The translations under genes were made by a program, and so were the position numbers. A stretch of DNA of 64,000 nt from an uncultured virus (IMG/VR IMGVR_UViG_3300044623_000338). Taxonomy: Duplodnaviria > Heunggongvirae > Uroviricota > Caudoviricetes. Positions 35,973 through 48,000 of this stretch are shown here, in pieces. The notes below the pieces were generated by a model. The model ran no database searches. It saw only the letters and a program-made list of their open reading frames with translations, and was not told where the DNA came from. The DNA lies in IMG/VR virus record IMGVR_UViG_3300044623_000338, one strand, 5' to 3'. Numbering within the stretch: position 1 is the stretch's first letter; every line of letters begins with the position of its first letter.

Positions 35973-36415
35973 ACTCCCTCCAGACTCAAGACACTATAAA
36001 CTCTATTGATGAGCTTGCTGTACGCATACAAGCTGGAGTGGACAGCGGAGAGTTAGGTTCTGCAGAGACGCCTTTGACCCATTACCATACCAAAAATTTA
36101 TATGGGCGTAGAATTATTGTTCCAGCGGGTTGTTTGTTTACTACCAGAGTGCATAAAACAGATCATATATCTGTGGCTTTTAGAGGGCATATTACCATGC
36201 TAAATGCTGAAGGTGAGTCTCAAGAAGTTATAGCCCCTGATATGTTTGTAACACCTGCTGGAACGCACCGTGTAGTATATGTGCACGAAGAAGTAGAATT
36301 TGCTACTATCCACCATTGTGAAGAACAAGATGATGATAATGTCGTTGAGCTACTGTCGTTTAATACTATGACGGAGTATTTGGACAACCAATTAAAAATA
36401 GGAGCACAACAATGA
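35969..36415 (+). CDS. Cupin-like protein
   Basis: LYGRRIIVPAG...HKTDH...G...F.TPAGTHRVVYVHEE. Confidence 0.6.
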   Translation: MNSLQTQDTINSIDELAVRIQAGVDSGELGSAETPLTHYHTKNLYGRRIIVPAGCLFTTRVHKTDHISVAFRGHITMLNAEGESQEVIAPDMFVTPAGTHRVVYVHEEVEFATIHHCEEQDDDNVVELLSFNTMTEYLDNQLKIGAQQ

Positions 36416-37485
36416 GTCTTATAGCGGCGTTAACAACAGTAGGAGCAACAGTTTCTGGCGGTCTTTTAGCAGGTACATCAGCGGCTATACTTGGGGGCGC
36501 AACAGTAGGTACGGTGGGTGGAGCGGCTATAGGGACTATAAAAGCAGCAGCTTCAGGAGAGGATATAGGTAAAGGTGCCCTTATGGGAGCAGCTGGTGGA
36601 GCAGTAACTGGCGGAGTAGCTCCGGGTTTGGGAGCTGCGGTTGCTGCACCTCTTGTTTCCGCAGTAGGTCCTGTAGCTACAGGAGCTGTAGTTGGAGGGG
36701 TTGCTGGTGCCGCTGGTGGTGCTGCAAGTTCTGCTGTTGGCGGACAAGATGTAAGTAAAGGCGCTTTAATGGGAGGTGCTACAGGAGCCGTTGCTGGTGG
36801 TACTATGGGGGCTATAGGCCCTACTCCAGCAACAGGACCAGCAACACCAGTAAATACTACCCCCGCAGGACCCATGTCTCCTGCTGCTCCTTCAGGACCT
36901 CTTGCTAGTATGTCGCCCACTACCCCTTCTGGGCCATTTAGTTCAACAGGAACCCCATCGGTATCAAGTATTGCACCTTCTACACCTTCTACAGGAGTTT
37001 TAGATAGCGTAGCACAAACAGGGTCTGAGTTAACAGGACACACTATAACAGGAGATCAGGTAAGCACAGGGCTTAAAGGTTTAGCAGGAGTTGCAGGTAC
37101 TGAGTACACAGGTAAAGGTATAATAGACGCCCAAGATGCTGCAGCTAAAGCCGCAAGTGAAGATAAAGCACGAGGTTTGGATTTTGCTAATCAAGGGGGT
37201 TCTGGATTAGCCGGAGTAAGAGCAGCGGGGTTGTCAGATGGTACAGGCCCATTAGGAGGTCTTGGAAGTATAGGTAGAGCTACTGGTGGTATTACAGCTC
37301 TGGCACATGGGGGTCAAATTCCTCTTGGTGATGGTGCCTATATTATCCCTGCTGATGTGGTTAGTGCTCTGGGTAATGGTTCATCTAAAGCAGGTGCTGA
37401 ATATCTAAGGCAGCTTATGGTTGCAGTGCGTAAAGAAGCTGTTGGTCGTCAAGGCATGGGAGCGGCTATAAAGCATGTCTCTTAA
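36412..37485 (+). CDS. Gly/Ala-rich putative ejection protein
   Basis: Glycine-zipper N-terminal half; C-terminal LGDGAYIIPADVVSALGNGSSKAGA is paralogous to the C-terminus of ORF 34587. Confidence 0.7.
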   Translation: MSLIAALTTVGATVSGGLLAGTSAAILGGATVGTVGGAAIGTIKAAASGEDIGKGALMGAAGGAVTGGVAPGLGAAVAAPLVSAVGPVATGAVVGGVAGAAGGAASSAVGGQDVSKGALMGGATGAVAGGTMGAIGPTPATGPATPVNTTPAGPMSPAAPSGPLASMSPTTPSGPFSSTGTPSVSSIAPSTPSTGVLDSVAQTGSELTGHTITGDQVSTGLKGLAGVAGTEYTGKGIIDAQDAAAKAASEDKARGLDFANQGGSGLAGVRAAGLSDGTGPLGGLGSIGRATGGITALAHGGQIPLGDGAYIIPADVVSALGNGSSKAGAEYLRQLMVAVRKEAVGRQGMGAAIKHVS

Positions 37486-37888
37486 AGTCCAACAAGTACC
37501 TATCGAATATGTGAACCAGATATGGGATCACGTTGAACATTTTATAGAATCAGCTCTTGAATACTCCTCTGGGGACTACAATGCCGAAGAGGTAAGAGTG
37601 ATGGTAACACAAGGGTCGTGGCATCTTATAGTTGCTGTTGATGACGAAAATACTATACAAGGAGCCTTAGTTGTGTCTTATTTTAATAGACCCTCTGAGA
37701 GAGTTGGATTTGTAGTGGCTATTGGTGGTAAACTAGTATCTAACAGGTCCACATGGGCCCAATTTGAAGACATACTCCGGTCAAACGGTGCTACTTATTT
37801 AGAAGGTGCAGGTCGTGAATCTATAGTTAAGCTATGGTCTCGATATGGCATGAAGCAAAAATATATAATTACAGGTAAATCCCTATGA
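37475..37888 (+). CDS. Hypothetical protein, possibly GNAT-like fold
   Basis: 137 aa in the ejection cluster; VVAIGGK...GATYLEGAGRESIVKLW. Confidence 0.6.
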   Translation: MSLKVQQVPIEYVNQIWDHVEHFIESALEYSSGDYNAEEVRVMVTQGSWHLIVAVDDENTIQGALVVSYFNRPSERVGFVVAIGGKLVSNRSTWAQFEDILRSNGATYLEGAGRESIVKLWSRYGMKQKYIITGKSL

Positions 37889-40254
37889 TATTCAAACCAA
37901 GTAGTCTTCACAAAGTATTCTTTACCTACATCTGCCCTAGGTTCTATGGCGGTGCACCACCAGTGCCTTCAAACACTACAACCACTTCTACGGTTAATCA
38001 GTCTCCATGGCAAAACCCTGTCTACCAAGCTCTTATGTTAGGTACTAAAGACCAACCGGGTCCTGCAACTAGTATGTTAAATGCTAGTAGAGAGCAAATG
38101 GAACAATGGAACGCCATTAATAAAACAGGTCTTACTCCAGCAGCACAAGCTTCTTTAGGTACATGGAACCCTGACGTTCCCGGAAGTACTTCTAGTTATA
38201 TTAATAAGTTAGACCCAGCTACAGGGCAATACACTCCAACTGCTAATCCTAATGTTGCTGCCCCTATTGAGCAAAGTGCCGCTCAAGGAGGCATAATGAG
38301 CCTTAGGGGGTATGCTAGTGGAGGAGCAATAGACCCTGTTCAACAAACAGTTATGGACCTAGTTGGGCGCCAACTAAGTGATACAGACCTTGCTGATTTA
38401 AAACGGTACTCAACCCAACTTAATACAACTCCTGCTGCACTAATGCAGCAGTATAATGGTCCAGAAATAGCCGCATGGAAAGCAGCGCCACCAGAGAAGA
38501 AAGCAGCCACTTATCAAAAGATAGTAGATGCAGGAGGTAAACTATCACCCGCACAAGACACCATGCTATCTAACTTTAATACCTACAAGAGTCAGATAAA
38601 GGCGGGAACTATTAAACTAGATGCATCAGGAAACCCCACAGCTAATATTAAACAAGGGGCTACTAAAGCCGAAAAAGATGCTGCTAACGCTGCGTTCACT
38701 AAAGCCACAGGTATTGAACCCACCACAGGAAAAGCACCTTATGGTCTAATGGACACCATGAAGAAAATTGCTAATGTCGATCCTAAAACACTTAAATCTA
38801 CTGATCCTGCTGTACTAGCGGTGTTAGATAAAGCGGCTAATTTAAAAACCCCAGAACAATTTGCTGCAGCTACCGATATGTATGGTAAGTCTGCAGCAGG
38901 GTTAGGAGCAGCCGCAAAGTATAAGCCCACTGATGTTAAGGCTAGTAAAGCGGATGTAGCTAAGGCTACAAGTCAAGGGTATACAGCCGCTAACGCCAAC
39001 GCTGCTCAACTAAATAGGGGTAGTGTACGTGACATAGCCGCTAAACAAGCCAGTGTAGATAAATACAAAGCTGATATGATGGCGGCGCCTTCTGATATAA
39101 ACGCACAAGAATATCAAGCGGCTTTAGCTGATTTAAACCAAATGGAAGGCCCACAGTCTTGGATAGGTCAAGGTACATCAGAAGCCTATATGTCTCCTTA
39201 CATGCAGAATGTAGTGGATATCCAAAAAAGGGAGTCTAATAGAGACTACGCTAAACAACTACAAGAACTAAACAAACAAGCTACTGCAGCCAATGCCTTT
39301 GGGGGGTCTCGTCAAGCTATTGAAAGGTCTGAAGCTGCACGTAATCAAGCAACTAAACTAGCTGACATTGAAGCTCAAGGACTACAACAAGCGTACCAAT
39401 CAGGTATGGGTCAATTTTCTGCAGAACAAGGATTAGGGTTACAAGCAGGTCAAGCTAATCTAGGTGCTGCTCAACAAACAGCCCAACAAAACCAAGCTTC
39501 AATTAATCAGCAGCGATCTCAGTACGTTCAACAAGCCCTTGATGCAGCTAAAAACAATTACGGGGGTCAGTTAACAGCGGCTCAGCAAAATCAAGTAGCT
39601 CAAAATGCGGCATTGCAGTTCAACTCCTCTGCTCAAAACTTATCTAACAACAATTTTGTTCAACAGCAGATGCAAGCTCAACAAGCAAACCAAGGTATGG
39701 ACTTTAATGTTGGGCAAATGAACACGACTAATCAACAACAGACTAACTTATCTAACCAACAAGCGGCAAACATTGCCTCTCAGTTTGGAGCTAGTGCCCA
39801 GAATACAGCTAGCTTAGCTAACCAACAAGCAGCAAACATTGCTAACAACGCCTATGCGCAAAACCAATTAACCGCGGGTCAAGGTAATCAACAAGCGGGG
39901 CTAACTGCTAATCAACAGGGTATAGGGGCTCTTCAAGGTATGGGGCAAGTTGCTTCAGGATTAACAAGTACAGGCTCTGCTCAAAATGCGGCTGACTTAG
40001 CTACCTTAGGGGCTCAAGGACAAGCAGCTAATGCAGGACAAAACCTAGCTCAAAGTGTCCTTGATGCACAATCAGGTAACGCCGCTAGTTGGCTCAATGC
40101 TCCTACTTCTATTAATGCAGGGGTAGTTAATACCTTGGGAGGTCAGAATGTACAAGGAGGAGGAGGTACCACAACAACTACAGGATCGCCCGGCAAATGG
40201 GCTCGTGGTGGGTTAATTAAGAATGGTAAAGTAAGCAACAGAGGTAAAAAATAA
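37885..40254 (+). CDS. Putative DNA ejection protein (Q/A/N-rich)
   Basis: YMSPYMQNVVD...AFGGSRQA motif; long ANQQA-type repeats. Confidence 0.75.
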   Translation: MIFKPSSLHKVFFTYICPRFYGGAPPVPSNTTTTSTVNQSPWQNPVYQALMLGTKDQPGPATSMLNASREQMEQWNAINKTGLTPAAQASLGTWNPDVPGSTSSYINKLDPATGQYTPTANPNVAAPIEQSAAQGGIMSLRGYASGGAIDPVQQTVMDLVGRQLSDTDLADLKRYSTQLNTTPAALMQQYNGPEIAAWKAAPPEKKAATYQKIVDAGGKLSPAQDTMLSNFNTYKSQIKAGTIKLDASGNPTANIKQGATKAEKDAANAAFTKATGIEPTTGKAPYGLMDTMKKIANVDPKTLKSTDPAVLAVLDKAANLKTPEQFAAATDMYGKSAAGLGAAAKYKPTDVKASKADVAKATSQGYTAANANAAQLNRGSVRDIAAKQASVDKYKADMMAAPSDINAQEYQAALADLNQMEGPQSWIGQGTSEAYMSPYMQNVVDIQKRESNRDYAKQLQELNKQATAANAFGGSRQAIERSEAARNQATKLADIEAQGLQQAYQSGMGQFSAEQGLGLQAGQANLGAAQQTAQQNQASINQQRSQYVQQALDAAKNNYGGQLTAAQQNQVAQNAALQFNSSAQNLSNNNFVQQQMQAQQANQGMDFNVGQMNTTNQQQTNLSNQQAANIASQFGASAQNTASLANQQAANIANNAYAQNQLTAGQGNQQAGLTANQQGIGALQGMGQVASGLTSTGSAQNAADLATLGAQGQAANAGQNLAQSVLDAQSGNAASWLNAPTSINAGVVNTLGGQNVQGGGGTTTTTGSPGKWARGGLIKNGKVSNRGKK

Positions 40255-41972
40255 TGAGTGTTCCAGTAACTAATGAAGCTTACAGCCAGCAAAACAACCA
40301 GCTTTTTGATTGGGCAAAAACAGCTACTCCACAGCAGATAGAGGCGGCTAAACAAGGGCTACCAAAAGATTCTCCTCTATTACTAGCTATAGGTATGGGC
40401 GTTCAGTACCAACAACAAGCTAGAGCGCCTCGTCCCCAAGCTCCACAAGGTACTATACTGCAACAGAAGCTACAAGAGTTTCAACAAACATCTCCACAAG
40501 GCTTACCACAAGTACGCCAAAACCAGATGGCTATGCAACAAACAGCTCAACAAAACCCTATGTTTGGTGCAGGACTAGCGGTAGCCCCTGAGAATACTGA
40601 ACAAGCTCCTCAACAAATGGCAGCAACAGGTGGTATAACTGCTTTAGCTCGTGGTGGAGAGGTTAGAGGTTTTGATGGTACAGATGGTAGTTTAGCTAAG
40701 TTAGTAGAGGACGAAAATGCAGTAGAAGACGCGGCTACCACTGAAGAAGATGGTATAGCTAATGAAGGGAAGTGGTTTGATAACTTTGCAAAACAAGCTA
40801 AGAACACAGGTACTGATCTTTTAGATAAATATAAAGCTTATACCAATACAGCACCTAGTGCAGGACTACCGTCTATTAATTTAGGAGGAGACCCATCTTC
40901 ACCTTATGGTCAGTACGAAGCACCTACATTAGAAGCTCCTATTTCTGATATGGGTATGCCTACTGAACAAACTAGTCCTAAAAATGATTATAGACTGTCA
41001 GATATGGTAGCTCCTAAAGCTAAACCTAAAGTTAAAGCTCACCATAGTAAAAAAGATACTGCTCCTGCACCGGGTAGTTCTGCTGAAGCTAATGCCGCTT
41101 CTCCTACAGCTAAAGGAGAGACATACCAAGGCTTAGATAAGTACCTCTCTAAAGGGGTTGTAAACCCTAGTTCTTATGATGCGGACGCCGTAGTGGCGTC
41201 TATGTTAAACAAAGATACTACTCCACATCTTACAGCAGAAGAATCAATAGCACAGTACCAGAAGTTATTAGGTCCTGAAGCTGATATGTCTGAAGAAGTA
41301 GGTATGGCTAGAGAAAATGCTGCAAACGCTAGAAGAGACAAGGGGCTTGGTGCATTAGTTGGAGGTATAGGTGGTATGTTATCTGCTCAAACTCCGTATA
41401 TGAGCCAAGCTCTAGGTGCAGGTCTTATGTCTGGCCTCTCATCTTATCAATCAGGTGCTAAAGAACAAGGGACTGCAGACAAAGAATTAATGGCTCTACA
41501 AATGGCTCAAAAGAAATCTGATCTTGCAGGTCATAGGGCTGCTGCTGAGGCGTATATAGGTCAACAAGCTAAGATGGCTGAGAAAGAAGCAGAAGCTAGG
41601 GCTAAAAGAGAAGAGACAATGCTTGGAATTAGAGGAAATTACGGCGTTGAAAAGCTTAAGAATGTGGGGGCTATGAATATAGAACAGCTTAGAGCTTCAC
41701 AGGCGCAAGCCATACAAGCAATGAAGAATATGTCTACGATGGAAGAAGCAGCGTTTAAAGCAGGTAATTTATCAGCGGATAAACTAGCAGAAATCTATGG
41801 TCGTGGACTGCAAGGTGGAGGGTCTCCAGAAGAGATACAAGAGGGAGTACAAGGGTTAATGACAATTATGAATCAATACAAAGGAAGGGGTGGTGCTAGT
41901 GGGGGCGGTTCTAGTAACCCCTTTGCCCCAGTAGGAAATTCTGGAGTTTTTTATAACCAACCTAAAAAATAG
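40254..41972 (+). CDS. Putative DNA ejection protein
   Basis: TAATG coupling; ATGGITALARGG; helical, with a hydrophobic Gly-rich segment. Confidence 0.7.
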   Translation: MSVPVTNEAYSQQNNQLFDWAKTATPQQIEAAKQGLPKDSPLLLAIGMGVQYQQQARAPRPQAPQGTILQQKLQEFQQTSPQGLPQVRQNQMAMQQTAQQNPMFGAGLAVAPENTEQAPQQMAATGGITALARGGEVRGFDGTDGSLAKLVEDENAVEDAATTEEDGIANEGKWFDNFAKQAKNTGTDLLDKYKAYTNTAPSAGLPSINLGGDPSSPYGQYEAPTLEAPISDMGMPTEQTSPKNDYRLSDMVAPKAKPKVKAHHSKKDTAPAPGSSAEANAASPTAKGETYQGLDKYLSKGVVNPSSYDADAVVASMLNKDTTPHLTAEESIAQYQKLLGPEADMSEEVGMARENAANARRDKGLGALVGGIGGMLSAQTPYMSQALGAGLMSGLSSYQSGAKEQGTADKELMALQMAQKKSDLAGHRAAAEAYIGQQAKMAEKEAEARAKREETMLGIRGNYGVEKLKNVGAMNIEQLRASQAQAIQAMKNMSTMEEAAFKAGNLSADKLAEIYGRGLQGGGSPEEIQEGVQGLMTIMNQYKGRGGASGGGSSNPFAPVGNSGVFYNQPKK

Positions 41973-42015
41973 TAATATATAATAACCCCTAATAAATTTA
42001 CTAACTGGAAGCAGC

Positions 42016-45000
42016 ATGGCTAATACAGAATCAAATCCTTTTGCTTATAACCCTGCTGTTTCCGCAGACCTTTTTGGAATACAACCTGCTACTCCTACAC
42101 AAGCACTTCCTGAAGAGGACATATCTCAGTATATGCCTCAACCCCAACAAGGTCCCGCCTCCTCATACGGAGAAGCGTTTCTAAAAGCTGAGGGTCAATA
42201 CGGATTACCAGAAGGCTTACTATCTACTATAGGCTACAATGAAAGTAGGTACAACCCTAATGCCGTAAGTCCTGCAGGTGCTACTGGTTTGATGCAGTTA
42301 ATGCCTCCTACTGCTAAAGAGTATGGGGTTGATGCACTTGATCCGTATGCATCTATTGATGCTGCTGGTAAGAAGATGGCAGGTTTGGTTAAGTATTATA
42401 ACGGTGATATGGCTAAGGCTGTTGCTGCTTATAACTACGGTGAAGGCAATCTTAATAAAGCTATACGAAAAGCAGGGGACAACTGGCTATCAGCTACTCC
42501 TAGAGAAACACAATTATACGTATCTAATGTACTAGGTGGGGCGCCTCCTCCTGAACAAGAAGGCCCTAAAGGGGAGATGTATGAAATTCCTTTAGCTAAT
42601 GGGGGTTCTTTACATGCTCCTGTTGGTATGCCTAGAGAGCAAGCTATTGCAGATGCTAGAGCACACGGTATAGATGCAGTTGGTCTAAGAGAAGTACCTT
42701 TAGCTAATGGGGGCACATTACGGGTTCCTGATAATATGTCAGACGAAGAAGCTGTTAAACGAGCCTCAGAAGCAGACCCTACTATAGATTTCTCCCTACC
42801 CAAAAAAGAAACAGAAGGTCGTGGTACTAAGGTATTGGAAGATATTGGTGTAGGCGCTATGAAAGGCGGTGTAGGTCTAGGTCAATCTTTTATAGGCTTA
42901 GCTGATCTTCTTACACCGGGAGATTTAGGGGGGGCCGTTGAAGATGCAGGGCTTGACCTCAACAAAGTGCAAGAGTACTTAAGTACGCAATACTCTCCTC
43001 AACAACAAGAAGCCATTAAGAACTTAGCTGCAGCTCATGGATGGAGAGCTGTCCTACAAGCCGCTAAAGATAACCCCTCAGCAGTAGTTTCAGCTATAGG
43101 TGAGTCTGCAGGTCAAATGGTAGGTGGTGCAGGTATAGCTAAAGCAGGGTTAATGGGGTTAGGTAAAGTTTTAACTAAAGTACCAGCAGTTGCTCCTTAT
43201 TTTGCTGCAGGTATAGGTGAAGCAGGTGTAGGTGCAGGTGCTCAGAAAGAAAACTTAAGAGTTACCAACCCAGAAGGCGAAGCAACAGGAGCAAACACCC
43301 AAGCGGCGTTACTTACAGGAGTTGGGACGGGTGTAGTTGGAGCTGCAGGTGCTAAGCTTACTACGGCATTAGGGGGTATTGACCCCAACATACTTCTCTC
43401 AGGCAACGCTAGGAAGATGGCACTGCAAGAGTTTGGGGATGTTGCTAATACTCCGGGGTTCTTTAGGTCTACCCTAGTATCTATGATAGGCGAAGGTGTA
43501 TTCCAAGAAGCGCCTCAATCAGCCATAGAACAAATGGCTCAGAACTATGCTACAGACAACCCCAAAGGTTTACTAGACGGTGTTGAGGATGAAAGTGTGA
43601 AGGGCGCTCTTATGGGCGCTATCATGGGTGGTGGTGCAAACACTGCTAGTCAAATAGCAGGTACTACAGAACAAGCACCTCCTCCACCTCCACCACCCGT
43701 AAACCCTCCAGCAGGTGAGATACCTGTACCCCCTCAAGGCGAAGTACCTGCACCTCCAGTAAATCCTTTAATTATCACTCCTGAAGAAAGAGCACGTGTA
43801 GCTGAAGCAGCGGCAGGTGGCCCACCAGTAGTAGCAGGGGTGGAAGAAGTTGTAGCAGGAGCACCAGTAGTAGCTGTGAAAGAACCTATACTAAGAGGGA
43901 AAAAAGAAAAGCCTGTAAAGCCTGTAAAGACTGAGCCTACTTGGGTTACAGATATGCTAGGACTGCATAAAAAAAGTGGAGTATATAAAAATATTGCATC
44001 TAAAGGTTTGGATATTAACAACCCTGCTGACCATGAAGCTATTAGAAAGATAACAGCCCCTGTTATTGCAGAACTTAAAAGAGCAGGTACTATAACAGAG
44101 GAGCAATCAAAAATACTACCGAACTACATGGAAGCAATACAACAAGGACAAACTACACCTACACTAGGAGAGACAACTGATGCCCAGCAAATCCCCAGCA
44201 CAAGCCCGATTAATGGCGATGGCAGCACACAATCCCAAGAAAGCCAAGCAGCTGAAGATATCACCCAAGTTGGCAAAGGAATGGAATCAGAAGGACAAGG
44301 GATCGAAGCTATTGAAACAGGCGCTAAAGAAGAAGTAGCCCCTGCATTAATAAGTGCGTCACAAACTGTGTTAGATAAGTATGATGCAAGTATAAGAAAG
44401 TCAAAAACTAGGGAACCTTCTCAAACTAACATAGATGCTTTATATAATATTGCTACAAGACTGGGCTTAGATATAGACCCAGATATGCCTCATTCAGGAG
44501 TAGCTAAACAGATAGAACAGGCTATAACACCTACGGCACAAAAAATAGGTGTAGGGCTACAGATAAACCAGCAAGGGATTGATAGTGTAATAGATAAAGC
44601 AGGTAAGAAGGATGAGGGTGAAGTTGGTGTAGAAGGGGTTTCATATATACCTAGAGATGAGATGTATGCTGAGCATTACGAACATACAACAGATAAAGGA
44701 GAAGCCTCTATAGATACCGCAGGTCGGGGTCTTTATATAACTTCAAATAATCCTGCACAGACCTATAATATAAAAGCCATAAATGCACAAGATAGAGGGG
44801 AGGTATTATATCTTGAAACTGCAAATAAAGGAAAAGTATCGGTAGATTATGTTAAAGGCAGTATAACCTTTACTGGGCGCAATAAATCAGGGGTTCCAGT
44901 CCCACTAGCTCATTTTAATATAGTTGAAAACAATTTATCAGACTTATTAAATAGCAAATACGGTTCTAAAGAACTAAATAAAATATTATATGACTCGTTA

Positions 45001-48000
45001 ACAAAACCTTCTGAGGAAGGGGCTCTTCATGTTATTGATAAACTAGGATTTGGTAATAGTACGTCCAAATTATTTAACGCTGCGTCAACTGGTTTGTGGA
45101 GAAAGTACCATCCAGATTATATAGATGAATATAATAAAGAACGCGGTCAATCAAAGACTAAAAATGGTGTTGTTGATGAGGGTGAAGTTGGTGAGTATGA
45201 GAAGAACCAACTGATAGTGCAAGGGTTTGCTGATAAAAAAGCCGCTAAGGAAGCTGCAGATGCTAAGATCGTAGCTGATGACGCAGCTGAAGTATTAAGG
45301 AAAAACAAAGAAGCTGAAGCTAAAAAGTTATTAGAAGTGCAGGGTAAGAAAGCTAAAAAAACTAAGAAAGTTGTAGATGAAGATGTAGAGGAAGATGTAG
45401 AAGATACAACTAAGACGTTATCAGATGACTCTATGTATGATTTTGAGGACGATAGCGATATAGCTGAACAAATGGATTTTGGTGATTTTGACTATAGCGG
45501 GCATGATTACCAATCAGTAGCACCTACTTCTGAACTTACCGAACACACCGCCGCTTCGTTGTCTAAGACCTTATCACCTGAGATGAAACGCCTAGTGGCA
45601 TCTGGTAAGGCTGTTATGCATGATACTGCTGAGACTCTACCTGAAGGCAAACACCCTGCGAACGTGCAAGGGCTAACTACTGCTGAAGGTGTAACTCACT
45701 ATGTAGCTAACAAGCTAACGCCTGAGACTCTAGAGAACGTAGCATTGCATGAGGTGGGAACCCATGTAGGTATGGAGAACTTAGTTGGGTCTAAAGTATA
45801 CAAAGATATTGCAAACCAAGCCCTGAACAATGTAGGGGAAGTTTTTGATAAGGCTCGTGCTTCTATTCCTAAAGATACACCTACACACTTGCGCCACCAT
45901 GAGGCACTTGCTTATCTAGTAGAGAACGCTCCAAACTTACCTGTCGTTAAAAAGATTGTATCTGCAGTTAGGAACTTTGCCCGTATGCATTTGGGTATGA
46001 AGCTACAACTAACTGAAGCTGATGCTAGGCACCTAGCTGTTAAAGCCTTACGCAGAGAGTCTAAAACTGCAGTACGAACCGCTCGTAAAGAAGGTACGTC
46101 TTATTCAATCAAACCAACTAAAGATGCACAGGATATTGGTAAAGCATTAGTTGGTTTGGGCCTTGTTAAGACTTCAGATAAAAGTATAAGTGGGGTTATC
46201 CGAGAGGCTGTTTCTGGTTTTATGACAGGGGACAATATAGTTAAGTTGCGGGCTGGGTGGATAGATGACTCAGCTGCGATAAGCCGTTTATTGAAACCGC
46301 TAGATATGTTTGACCCAAAAGGAAAGATGCGAGGAGACTTCGTACTTCAGTCAATAGGAAACCTTAGCAATATGTTGCGTAATAGCAGGGGGTATATAGA
46401 CACAACTGGTGACGGAACTCTTATGTCTGTAGACGACCCTAGACTAGACTTGCATAATAATATTAAACTTATTGACGGACTAGGGTATAAGGACAACCGC
46501 AAAACATTCTTCACAGCTCTGCGTGTAGTGGCTGGGAAAGAGATACTCCGTATAGATGTAGAGCGCCGGGCTGATGCTAAGTTATATAAAGATTTTGAAA
46601 AGGTCCTACAAGGGGATATAGATCACCTAACAGGTGCGTTAGTAGACGCAAGAAGGGCACTTGCCGCTGCGGTTACTGCTAAAGATGCAGTTCAAATAAA
46701 AGACTTTAAGAGTGTTATATCCATCATTACTAAAGAAAAAGTAGCCCTTACTACTAGAGCCACTCAGTTAAAAGAAGCCTCTAATAAGCTATACGCTAAG
46801 CATGGTAAGAAATCTGCAGTTGACGTACAAGCTGACATAGATGCTAAGATAGCAAAAGCAGAGAAGAAAGAAGCACTTGTGGCTACTACTACAGACAAGA
46901 CTAAACGTGACTCCTTACTAGACCAAGTGGAGAAGCTTAGAAATGATGTTGATAGGTTAACTAAAACACTAGAAGTAGGTGTGGGTACTGAACAACGTGT
47001 TACGCCAGAAGATATTGCCTTGACTGAAGCGTTACTGATTGAAGACCCTAGACTAGGGGACATCATGAATAATATATTTGAGAGGCTCCGTAAAGATGTA
47101 GACCTATTTGAAAAAGCAGGGATTATTAATAGTACTACAGCCAATGATTGGCGATCAAACCCTGCTTATATCCCCCTATATAAAAGTATAGAAGATTTAT
47201 CTGACGACCCTTCTAAATACGTAGAGGTGCTCTCACTAGGGGCTAAACATTCTTGGGAAGTTAAATCACGTGAAGGGAGTAAGCAAACGGTTAATGTCGC
47301 AGAAAACTTAGTAAAGCACTCTGCGCTTATGGCAGGGGCGGCGGCTCAAAACATTGCAAGGCAGACTGCGGCTATGCAGTTAAACGCAGTTGCGGATACT
47401 CTTTTTTATGAAACGAAGGACCGAAGTGACCCACAGGCAACTAAGTTTAAGGTGAATGGGGAGGATGTTTACTACCACATAGGGGACACTCTAGCGTTTG
47501 AAGCATTCCAAACTATGATACCCCTTCAGCCGGGGTGGATGAGAAAAGTAGCTAAAGCACACGCAAATGTTTTTAGGAAAGTTACCTTGACCACCCCCGT
47601 ATACTGGTACCGTCAGCTTATACGGGACCCTTTGATGGCAAACTTAGTAACGCAGTCGGGCCTTATTACACCCCTACACGCTTTATATCACATGGGTAAA
47701 ATTGTAGCCCGCCGTTCTGAGGGGTATAACGAGCTACAGAGAAGGGGTATTACGGGTGCCGTAGATACCTTAACAGATACAACACAACTTGTAAAAAGCA
47801 TAGCAACTAAACGTGGGGTATCAGGTTGGCTTAGGGACTTTATTGTACACGTACATGAAGCGTCCGATGCAGGTACTAGGGTTGCTGTTTATGAAAAGGC
47901 TCTTAAGCTGGCAGCTAAACGTGGGATAGTAGACCCTCAACAACGTAAGAATTTTGCTGCGATGCAAGCTAAGGAATTAATAAACTTCTCTAAAAAAGGA

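Noticed and set aside
42323..42535. 70-aa hydrophobic alternative-frame ORF in the SLT domain
   Set aside because: No clear RBS, typical off-frame L/M/I composition, and the host frame is a constrained enzyme domain
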